Notes under the pieces: generated by a model | What the model was told of the DNA's origin: nothing | Database searches by the model: none | What the model saw: the letters and a program-made list of their open reading frames with translations, nothing else | Origin: Actinomycetota bacterium | GTDB taxonomy: Bacteria; Actinomycetota; CADDZG01; JAHWKV01 | Direction: 5' to 3' | Assembly (NCBI GenBank): GCA_046262935.1 | Contig: JBHELT010000020.1 | Span: forward strand, 2,893-66,892 | Length of the DNA: 64,000 nt | Made by a program: the position numbers and the translations under genes | In this document: one piece after another, positions 50,917-58,197 of the stretch | How the letters are laid out: the number at the start of each line of letters is the position of its first letter | Position numbering within the stretch: the stretch's first letter is position 1

Positions 50917-52428
50917 ATGAAAGACCTACAAAGCAGCTTCGAAGAACTCCAACGCAAGCTAGTCCCGCTTTGGCGGTCGATAGGCTCGATCAATGACGAC
51001 GAACAGACGATCGTTGTGGTCCCATCGATATCGGGTGAACTGAATGACTCGCTTGGGGGCTCTGGCCAGGTCTATGAAGAACGCTTCCTGTTCCTACTCT
51101 TCTTGCTTCGCCAGCCGAGTGCGCGCCTCATCTACGTCACCGGCAAACAGATCGATCCTGACATCGTCGACTACTACCTAGACCTTCTGCCGGGCGTGAT
51201 TTCAACTCATGCACGAAAAAGACTCCACCTGGTGTCACCTCTGGATGGCAACCAGATCCCGCTAAGCAAGAAACTTCTGCAAAGACCCCGATTGATCGAA
51301 CACATCAAACAACTGATACCCGATCCCGATCGAGCACATCTCATCCCTTACAACACCACCGAACTAGAGCGCGACCTCGCCGTCGCATTGGGTATCCCCA
51401 TGTACGGGGCCGACCCGAAACACTTCCATCTTGGAAGCAAATCCGGATGTCGTCGTTTGTTCGAAGAGCTGGGTGTTAAGCATCCGCTGGGTGCCGAAAA
51501 CCTTCACTCGCTGGACGACCTCGTCGGTGCGATCGATGGACTCAGGGCACAGAGGCCAACTATCACCGAGGTACTTGTGAAATCGAACGAAGGGGCGGGG
51601 GGGATGGGGAACGCGCTCATCGACCTCAGGGGTCTGCCCGAGCCAGGGCCCGCTAGCGCAGAAGCGGTGACTGATCGCATCATGAAGATGCGATTCGATG
51701 ATCCCTCCACCCCCATTTCTGCATACCTAGAAGATGTTCAAAGGGAAGGCGGCATCGTCGAGGAGCGGATCAAAGGTGATGATTTCCGCAGCCCCAGTGT
51801 TCAACTGCGCGTTACGCCTCTCGGAGACCTCGAGATCTTGTCGACCCATGATCAACTGCTTGGGGGCCCGTCTGGGCAGACATACCTCGGCTGCGTCTTC
51901 CCCGCTGATCCCGGTTACGCGGTCGCCATCACCGATGAGGCCCGCAAAGTTGGAGAACGATTGGCCAAAGAAGGCGTCATCGGCCGTTTCGCATTGGACT
52001 TCGTAACCGTCAAGAAACCAGACGGCTCATGGGATAGCTACGCGATCGAGATCAACCTGCGTAAAGGTGGAACCACTCATCCATTCCTCACTCTGCAGTT
52101 CCTGACTAACGGCGATTACGACGCAGCAACTGCGACCTTCACCACTGCGAGCGGAAGATCCAAGTGCTTCGTGGCAAGCGATCACGTCGAGTCGCACGCG
52201 TACAAGGGGCTCTCGCCGGAGGACCTATTCGACATCGCGGTTAAGAGCGGCCTGCACTTCGACCACACCCGCCAAACGGGCATCGTCTACCACATGATCA
52301 GTTCCATCTCGACCGAAGGAAGGACGGGCATCACGGCGGTGGGCGACTCGCCAGAGGATGCGAGGATGATCTATCAAAGGGCATTGAGCGCCATCGACGA
52401 GGCAGCGGAGGGAGCCCTCATCCCGTGA
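50917..52428 (+). CDS. PGM1-related ATP-grasp (peptide-ligase-like) family protein
   Basis: ORF listed from GTG 50899; ATG 50917 is an alternative start. Contains TIVVVPSISGE...YEERFLFLLFLLRQPSARLIYVTGKQIDPDIVDYYLDLLPGV...LIPYNTTELERDLAVALGIPMYGADPKHFHLGSKSGCRRLFEELGVKHPLG. Assignment rests on remembered family signatures. Confidence 0.5.
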   Translation: MKDLQSSFEELQRKLVPLWRSIGSINDDEQTIVVVPSISGELNDSLGGSGQVYEERFLFLLFLLRQPSARLIYVTGKQIDPDIVDYYLDLLPGVISTHARKRLHLVSPLDGNQIPLSKKLLQRPRLIEHIKQLIPDPDRAHLIPYNTTELERDLAVALGIPMYGADPKHFHLGSKSGCRRLFEELGVKHPLGAENLHSLDDLVGAIDGLRAQRPTITEVLVKSNEGAGGMGNALIDLRGLPEPGPASAEAVTDRIMKMRFDDPSTPISAYLEDVQREGGIVEERIKGDDFRSPSVQLRVTPLGDLEILSTHDQLLGGPSGQTYLGCVFPADPGYAVAITDEARKVGERLAKEGVIGRFALDFVTVKKPDGSWDSYAIEINLRKGGTTHPFLTLQFLTNGDYDAATATFTTASGRSKCFVASDHVESHAYKGLSPEDLFDIAVKSGLHFDHTRQTGIVYHMISSISTEGRTGITAVGDSPEDARMIYQRALSAIDEAAEGALIP

Positions 52429-52476
52429 AGTCGGGATAGCCGGGCGGCAGACTCGGCGCGGATATGATTCGAGACG

Positions 52477-52875
52477 ATGCCGAAGATACTGATCGCTGAC
52501 GACGACCCAATAATCATCAAACTCCTCCAAGTGAATCTCGAGATGGAGGGATACGAGGTGATCACCGCCGAGGACGGTCAAGACGCCGTCGAGAAAGCCT
52601 CGGCCAACGATCCGGACCTCGTGATCCTAGACATCATGATGCCGAGGATGGACGGATGGACGGCGCGCGGTGAACTGCTGAAAGACCCGACAACCGCCAA
52701 GACACCAGTGATATTCCTTTCCGCAAGGGCACAACAAGCGGACCTGCGAAAGGGGTACGAAGCCGGGGTCGCCGAGTACGTAACGAAACCGTTCGATCCC
52801 ATGGACCTGCTCGAGATCGTCGACGCCATCCTTAAGGGCACTTACCAAAGACCGCAAGACCCTCCCGAGCGCTGA
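52477..52875 (+). CDS. Single-domain (CheY-like) response regulator
   Basis: Contains KILIADDDPIIIKLL...DLVILDIMMPRMDGW...PVIFLSA...EYVTKPF. There is no output domain. Its stop overlaps the argS start (TGATG). Confidence 0.85.
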   Translation: MPKILIADDDPIIIKLLQVNLEMEGYEVITAEDGQDAVEKASANDPDLVILDIMMPRMDGWTARGELLKDPTTAKTPVIFLSARAQQADLRKGYEAGVAEYVTKPFDPMDLLEIVDAILKGTYQRPQDPPER

Positions 52876-54530
52876 TGATCGCAGACAAGTTGCGGGAGCT
52901 TCTCGAAGAGGGGCTGCAAGGCCTTCGCGACGACCACGTGATCGCCGACCATGTGCGCCCCGAGATCGAGATCACACGACCTCAGCGGCTCGACCATGGA
53001 GATTTCTCTACGAACCTTTCGCTCATCGCTGCCAAGAACGCCAACATGCCGCCGCGTCAGTTCGCTGAAAGCCTGCTGCGCAGATTGCCGCAATCGCCAT
53101 TAGTGATCAAAGCCGAGGTTGCAGGACCTGGCTTCATCAATCTGTTCCTCGACGGATCGTGGCTCTACGAAACGATCAGTTCCATAAGACAGCAGAAAGG
53201 CGCGTTCGGCCGCTCGGCAAAGCCCTCGGGACGCAAAGTTCAGGTCGAATTCGTGTCGGCAAACCCCAATGGCCCCCTACACGTTGGCTCGGGTCGCAAC
53301 GCTGCACTTGGTGACGCCATCGCAAGGCTGTTGGCCGCCGCTGGAGACGACGTCTCGCGCGAGTACTACGTGAACGACACAGGCACCCAGATCGAACTGT
53401 TCGCACGCTCGTTGGAAGCCAGGTACATGCAGGCACTCGGGATGCAAGCCGCAGTCCCCGAAGGCGGATACGAAGGCGATTACCTGATACCGCTGGGGAA
53501 ACAACTCGCCGAGAAGGAAGGCATGGGGCTCATCGGCAAGATCGACCAGATCGCCATATGGGGGGTAGACATGATGCTTGCGAGCCATCGCGGCACCCTC
53601 GAACGTTTAGGGATCGAGTTCGACAGTTGGTTCTCCGAAAAAACCTTGCATGACGATGGCAAGGTTGATGCCGCCATCGAACGGCTGCGCGAGCTTGACC
53701 TCGCCTACGAGAAGGAAGGAGCGGTCTGGTTCGCAGGAACCAAGATCGGCGCATCGAGGGACCAGGTACTGGTGCGTTCCGACGAAGGAGCATCACCTAC
53801 CTATCTCGCTAAAGACATCGCGTACCTGATCGATAAGGTCGAGCGCGGATTCGACAAGACCCTCTATGTATGGGGGGCGGACCATCACGGCAACGTCGAA
53901 ACGCTGACCAAAGCCGCCGAGGCCCTAGAACTTCAAGATGTCATCGAAGTCGAGCTCTACCAATTGGTGACTTTTACCTCCGGAGGGGAAACGGCGAGGA
54001 TGCGGCGTCGAGCAGGGACCATCGTGGACCTCGACGAGTTGATCGACGAAGTCGGGCCGGACGCTACGCGATTCACACTGGTCAGCAGGTCCAGTGACAT
54101 CGCGTTCGAGTTCGACCTCGAACAGGTCAAAGCCCGATCGATGGAGAACCCCGTTTATTACGTTCAATATCAACACGCCCGCACCTGTTCGATATTGCGC
54201 TACGCGACCGAGCAGGCGATAGCGCAAGTCGCGCCAGAGGCGACCGAGTCGCTTGTTCGATTGACACATGAATCCGAGACCTTCCTCATGCGCAAGTTGT
54301 CTGAATTTCCCGAGGTGGTTCTCGAGGCGGCCAAGTTGAGAGCGCCACATCGCGTCGTGCACTACTGCCAAGCCCTAGCCTCACTGTTCAGCGCCTTCTA
54401 TCGGGATTGCCGAGTGATGAGCGATGACGATGAGTTAACGCAGGCGAGGCTTGCTCTGACCGATGCAACCAGGCAGGTCCTGGCTGACTCGTTGGACTTG
54501 ATCGGCGTCTCGGCACCGGAACAGATGTAG
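52875..54530 (+). CDS. argS: Arginine--tRNA ligase
   Basis: 551 aa. Contains EFVSANPNGPLHVGSGRNAALGD (HIGH-type motif). Length and C-terminal anticodon-binding region are typical of ArgS, and it is followed by lysA as in many Actinobacteria. Confidence 0.9.
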   Translation: MIADKLRELLEEGLQGLRDDHVIADHVRPEIEITRPQRLDHGDFSTNLSLIAAKNANMPPRQFAESLLRRLPQSPLVIKAEVAGPGFINLFLDGSWLYETISSIRQQKGAFGRSAKPSGRKVQVEFVSANPNGPLHVGSGRNAALGDAIARLLAAAGDDVSREYYVNDTGTQIELFARSLEARYMQALGMQAAVPEGGYEGDYLIPLGKQLAEKEGMGLIGKIDQIAIWGVDMMLASHRGTLERLGIEFDSWFSEKTLHDDGKVDAAIERLRELDLAYEKEGAVWFAGTKIGASRDQVLVRSDEGASPTYLAKDIAYLIDKVERGFDKTLYVWGADHHGNVETLTKAAEALELQDVIEVELYQLVTFTSGGETARMRRRAGTIVDLDELIDEVGPDATRFTLVSRSSDIAFEFDLEQVKARSMENPVYYVQYQHARTCSILRYATEQAIAQVAPEATESLVRLTHESETFLMRKLSEFPEVVLEAAKLRAPHRVVHYCQALASLFSAFYRDCRVMSDDDELTQARLALTDATRQVLADSLDLIGVSAPEQM

Positions 54531-54532
54531 GT

Positions 54533-55837
54533 ATGCCTCACACACTGAAGGACGTCCTTCCAGACACCGCCCGCGTGAACGACGAAGATCACCTTGAGAT
54601 CGGCGGGATCGACGCACAGCAACTCGCGATCGATTTCGGCACACCAGTCTTTGTGTTCTGCGAGCAGACCTTCCGTCAACGGGCCCGTGCATTCAAAGCA
54701 GCATTTCCTTCGTCCAACATCTATTACGCGTCGAAGGCCTTCCTGTGCCTGGAACTTTGCAAGATCGTGGAACAGGAGGGGCTCAATCTAGACGTAGCAT
54801 CGGGCGGCGAATTGCACGTCGCCCTCATGGCTGGCTTTCCCCCCGAACGTTTGATCCTGCACGGCAACAACAAAGAGGACGCCGACATCTTGCGAGCGGT
54901 CGAGGCTGGAGTTGGCAAGATCGCGATCGACAACATCGAAGAGATCGAAAGGGTTGCAGCCGCCGCCAATGACTCTGGCATACGACAGAAAGTACTTTTG
55001 CGGGTCACCCCAGGGGTCGAGGCCCACACCCACCACTACATCCAAACGGGGCAGGAAGATTCGAAGTTCGGTCTTTCGATCGAAGGAGGCCTAGCTGGCG
55101 AAGGCATGCGGGCGATAGCGGGCGAAAAGGACCTAGAACTTGTTGGAGTTCACGCGCATATCGGTTCGAATATCTTCTCGTACGACCCATTCGGCAAGAC
55201 CATAGAGATCTTGTTCGACTTCCTTGCGAGGTTGAAACAGCAAGATGCGATCGAGGTAGAAGAAGTGGACCTCGGTGGCGGAGTTGGCATTCCCTACGTC
55301 GCAGGCGACTTCCCGGCGCGCCTTGACCTACTGGCCCAGATGATCGTGGAAACCGCTGAGCTTCAGGGAGCGAAACATGGCATGCAGATACCGAAGCTGA
55401 GTTTCGAGCCCGGACGCTACCTGATCGGTAACGCCATGGTGACGCTTTACACCGTTGGTTCGATCAAACAGATACCAGGGCTAAGGACTTACGTCGCCGT
55501 CGACGGCGGTATGAGCGACAACATACGGCCGGCCTTATACCAGGCGAACTACGCGGCTTTGATCGCCAACAAAGCGCGACATGAGCCCACACAGGTCGTG
55601 AGCATCGCGGGTATGCACTGCGAGAGCGGGGACATCTTGATGCGTGACATAGCATTGCCCGCTTCATTGGAACGGGGCGATGTGATCGCGGTCCCGGCAA
55701 CGGGGGCCTACGGATACTCGATGGCTTCCAATTACAACAAGCAGCCCCGCCCAGCCGTAGTTGCTGTGAGTGAAGGGTCGGCACGCGTGATCGTGCGTAG
55801 AGAATCTTTCGATGACCTTACGAGGCTCGACGTTTAG
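54533..55837 (+). CDS. lysA: Diaminopimelate decarboxylase
   Basis: 434 aa. Contains YASKAF (PLP lysine region), HAHIGSNI, DLGGGVGIPY and CESGD. Confidence 0.9.
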   Translation: MPHTLKDVLPDTARVNDEDHLEIGGIDAQQLAIDFGTPVFVFCEQTFRQRARAFKAAFPSSNIYYASKAFLCLELCKIVEQEGLNLDVASGGELHVALMAGFPPERLILHGNNKEDADILRAVEAGVGKIAIDNIEEIERVAAAANDSGIRQKVLLRVTPGVEAHTHHYIQTGQEDSKFGLSIEGGLAGEGMRAIAGEKDLELVGVHAHIGSNIFSYDPFGKTIEILFDFLARLKQQDAIEVEEVDLGGGVGIPYVAGDFPARLDLLAQMIVETAELQGAKHGMQIPKLSFEPGRYLIGNAMVTLYTVGSIKQIPGLRTYVAVDGGMSDNIRPALYQANYAALIANKARHEPTQVVSIAGMHCESGDILMRDIALPASLERGDVIAVPATGAYGYSMASNYNKQPRPAVVAVSEGSARVIVRRESFDDLTRLDV

Positions 55838-55857
55838 CGGCCAACCTCATCGGGTAA
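55832..55857 (+). promoter_or_regulatory. SigF/SigB-type promoter (GTTT-N16-GGGTA) upstream of the KGG stress-protein gene
   Basis: GTTTAG at 55832-55837, a 14-nt spacer, then GGGTAA at 55852-55857. This is about 40 nt upstream of ATG 55898, and a SigB/SigF-family sigma factor is encoded next door. Confidence 0.5.
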
Positions 55858-55897
55858 CTTCCAATACAAGCGAAAAGATGAAGTTGGGAGAAATCTA

Positions 55898-56161
55898 ATG
55901 GCTGAAAACGAAGCTAGCGCATATGTGACTGGGCAAACCCCCGATCGCGCAGCAGACACCGAACGTGATGACAGCAAACCACGCAAGATGTCGCGAGCCG
56001 AGGCCGGACGCAAAGGCGGGCTTTCGACCAAGAAGCGCTACGGTGACGGTTATTTCAGCGAGATCGGGCGCATGGGTGGCAAGAAAGGCGGCGAAGCCAC
56101 CAAACAGCGTTATGGCGTTGAGTTCTATCAGACCATCGGACGCAAGGGTGGCTCTCGCTGA
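55898..56161 (+). CDS. KGG-repeat general stress protein (GsiB/YciG/Con-10-like)
   Basis: 87 aa. Repeats read GRKGGLSTKKRYGDGYFSEIGRMGGKKGGEATKQRYGVEFYQTIGRKGG. SD GGGAGAA lies upstream. Confidence 0.75.
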   Translation: MAENEASAYVTGQTPDRAADTERDDSKPRKMSRAEAGRKGGLSTKKRYGDGYFSEIGRMGGKKGGEATKQRYGVEFYQTIGRKGGSR

Positions 56162-56187
56162 TCGAGTCTATTGCTACCTGAGTTTCG

Positions 56188-56943
56188 TCAGATGGCGTCG
56201 GGGCCGGCCGCTTCTCTTAAGTTCCGCAAGGTCTTGGCGAGCAATCGGGAAACATGCATCTGTGAGATGCCCAACCGCTCAGCTATCTGACTCTGAGTCT
56301 CACCGGTGACGAATCTGAGATACAAGATCTCGCGTTCGCGGCGTGGTAGTCGTTCGAGCAGGTGAGCAACACTCGACCATGCCTCGAACAACTCTAAAGA
56401 TTCATCCTCGGCCCCGAGCCGAGCCATAGGCTCGCTGCCTTCTGCGCCGGGGGGCGCATCTAAGGACATCGGGGAATAGGCGTGGCTTGCAGTCATCGCT
56501 TCGAGGACCTCTTCGACCGAGATCCCTGTTCGACTTGCGATCTCGGGGACCGACGGCGACCTTCCGAGTTCTTGCGATAACGCAGGCACGACCTTTGCAA
56601 GTTGTAAACCAACCTCCTGTAGTCGCCTTGGGATCCGGATAGCCCAACCCTTATCCCTGAAATGGCGTTTCAACTCCCCGATGATGGTGGGAGTTGCATA
56701 GGTTGAAAATTCGACACCGCGCTCAGGATCGAACCTGTCGATGGCTTTGAGAAGTCCCATGCTCGCGACTTGGGTCAGGTCATCGATAGGCTCACCTCTG
56801 CCCTTGAACCTGCGGGCAAGGTATTCGACGAGCGGCATATGCAGTTGGACCAATTCGTCGCGGAGACTGGGATCGGTTGGGAGTTGCCCGAAGAGCTCTC
56901 GGGTTCGCTCCCGGTCAAGGGTTCTTGCATCTGGATCAACCAC
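56188..56943 (-). CDS. SigB/SigF/SigG-family (group 3) RNA polymerase sigma factor
   Basis: Contains LVEYLARRFKGRGEPIDDLTQVASMGLLKAIDRFDPERGVEFSTYATPTIIGELKRHFRD and a region 4 HTH, ETQSQIAERLGISQMHVSRL. Listed from 57051. GTG 56943 overlaps the upstream stop by 8 nt, but the start is uncertain. Confidence 0.85.
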   Translation of the reverse strand: MVDPDARTLDRERTRELFGQLPTDPSLRDELVQLHMPLVEYLARRFKGRGEPIDDLTQVASMGLLKAIDRFDPERGVEFSTYATPTIIGELKRHFRDKGWAIRIPRRLQEVGLQLAKVVPALSQELGRSPSVPEIASRTGISVEEVLEAMTASHAYSPMSLDAPPGAEGSEPMARLGAEDESLELFEAWSSVAHLLERLPRREREILYLRFVTGETQSQIAERLGISQMHVSRLLAKTLRNLREAAGPDAI

Positions 56944-57328
56944 TTGACGGGACCTTTCCCTCGACGGCTTTCGACAAGCGGATACCGGGGCCCTCTTCGC
57001 CCTGAAGGAATTCCGCCTCATCGGTAAGGCCCGCAAGCACCTTCCAAGCAAGGCTGTTCTCCCCCATCGCCGGCGGCCACACTCCTCGGGGGGATGTCGT
57101 TGTCAGCGTGGCGGTCACCTTGGCGGACGTCGATCCCACGTTGAGTTTGAATATCGAGTCCTGCGATGCGATCTGGAGAAGGTATCCGCCTGCCTCGTCG
57201 ATCGCGATCTGCAAGTCGTCGATGTCGTCGTATGAAAGGTCCTTGCGCGCACCGATGCTCGCAACAACGCTGCGGATAAGATGGAGAAACTCCGGCCTTG
57301 CGGGGACCTCTAGTTCGACGTGATCCAA
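56936..57328 (-). CDS. RsbW/UsfX-like anti-sigma factor with degenerate HATPase motifs
   Basis: 130 aa. Starts VELEVPARPEFLHLIRSVVASIGARKDLSYDDIDDLQIAIDEAGGYLLQ. The position of the N-box Asn (E-A-x-x-N) reads E-A-G-G-Y. It lies directly upstream of the sigma gene, like usfX-sigF. Confidence 0.55.
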   Translation of the reverse strand: MDHVELEVPARPEFLHLIRSVVASIGARKDLSYDDIDDLQIAIDEAGGYLLQIASQDSIFKLNVGSTSAKVTATLTTTSPRGVWPPAMGENSLAWKVLAGLTDEAEFLQGEEGPGIRLSKAVEGKVPSSG

Positions 57329-57341
57329 GGTTTCACCTTCC

Positions 57342-57366
57342 GTTTCTGGCGAGCCGTACTGGGTAT
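57342..57366 (+). promoter_or_regulatory. SigF/SigB-type promoter (GTTT-N15-GGGTAT) upstream of the STAS/anti-sigma gene pair
   Basis: GTTTCT at 57342-57347, a 13-nt spacer, then GGGTAT at 57361-57366. AAGGAG (57380-57385) and TTG (57392) follow at the spacing expected for an SD and a start codon. Confidence 0.45.
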
Positions 57367-57391
57367 GGAAGAGCCTAACAAGGAGACTGAC

Positions 57392-57742
57392 TTGGAACGG
57401 TTCGAGATAGATGATGTTAGCAAAGACGGATGGGAGATCCTTGGCGTATCGGGGGACCTCGATGTCTATACGGCCCCCAGGTTGCGGGAGAGATTGATCG
57501 AGAAGATCGAGGGGGGTAAGAATCGGATCGCTATAGACCTATGCGACGTGCGATTCCTAGATTCAACCGGGTTAGCGGTCATGGTGGGGACATTGAAGCG
57601 AGCAAGACAATCCAATGGTGATCTAGTCTTGCTGGGAGCCAACGACCAGATCATTCGGATCTTGAATATGACAGACCTGATCAAGGTTCTTCCCGTCTAC
57701 CGCGATTACCAGGAATTAGCCGCAGCCAACCAAACCGAGTAG
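57392..57742 (+). CDS. STAS-domain anti-anti-sigma factor (RsbV/SpoIIAA-like)
   Basis: Contains GVSGDLDVYTAPRLRERL...IAIDLCDVRFLDSTGLAVMVG...LVLLGANDQIIRILNMTDL. Listed from 57320. I prefer TTG 57392 (AAGGAG 6 nt upstream; product 116 aa). ATG 57365 is an alternative start. Confidence 0.75.
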   Translation: MERFEIDDVSKDGWEILGVSGDLDVYTAPRLRERLIEKIEGGKNRIAIDLCDVRFLDSTGLAVMVGTLKRARQSNGDLVLLGANDQIIRILNMTDLIKVLPVYRDYQELAAANQTE

Positions 57743-57753
57743 ATTGCAGGACA

Positions 57754-58197
57754 ATGGCTTCGATGGACCAACAACCGATGCGGCTAACTATTCCTGCCTC
57801 CCCTGAGTATGTGGGCACCGCGCGACTCTTCGTCGCCGAGGTCGGCCGACATTTCGGAATCGATCAAACAACTATCGGCGATGTTAAAGTAGCGATGTCC
57901 GAAGCTTGCAATGGTGCGATCGCTATGCAGGCCCTAGACAACGAAGATGGGATCGCGATCCTGGCTCGTTCACTCGACACCGGTGTCCGCTTCGACATCA
58001 TCTCGTCCGCCGGATGGGCTCCGACAGAAGCGAACCACTGGGACCCTTCAACTCCAACCGATTCGTTTCAAAAAGTGTTGGGGATCGGGATCATTCAGGG
58101 CCTATTTCCGGATGCGCGCTTCGATGACGCTGAGGCGGGAGTCTCGTTGACGTTCACGGTAACTGCGTCGACCGAAGAAGCCACCGGCAGCACCTAA
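57754..58197 (+). CDS. Second RsbW-like anti-sigma factor / serine kinase paralogue
   Basis: 147 aa. Contains LTIPASPEYVGTARLFVAEVGRHFGIDQTTIGDVKVAMSEACNGAI (N-box Asn present), then DTGVRF and GIGIIQGLF (G-box-like sequences). Confidence 0.55.
   Translation: MASMDQQPMRLTIPASPEYVGTARLFVAEVGRHFGIDQTTIGDVKVAMSEACNGAIAMQALDNEDGIAILARSLDTGVRFDIISSAGWAPTEANHWDPSTPTDSFQKVLGIGIIQGLFPDARFDDAEAGVSLTFTVTASTEEATGST

Noticed and set aside
55965-56309. 114-aa plus-strand ORF overlapping the KGG gene in another frame, extending into the sigma-factor gene.
   Set aside because: It is out of frame with the clear KGG-repeat product and antisense to the sigma-factor 3' end. It has no motifs.
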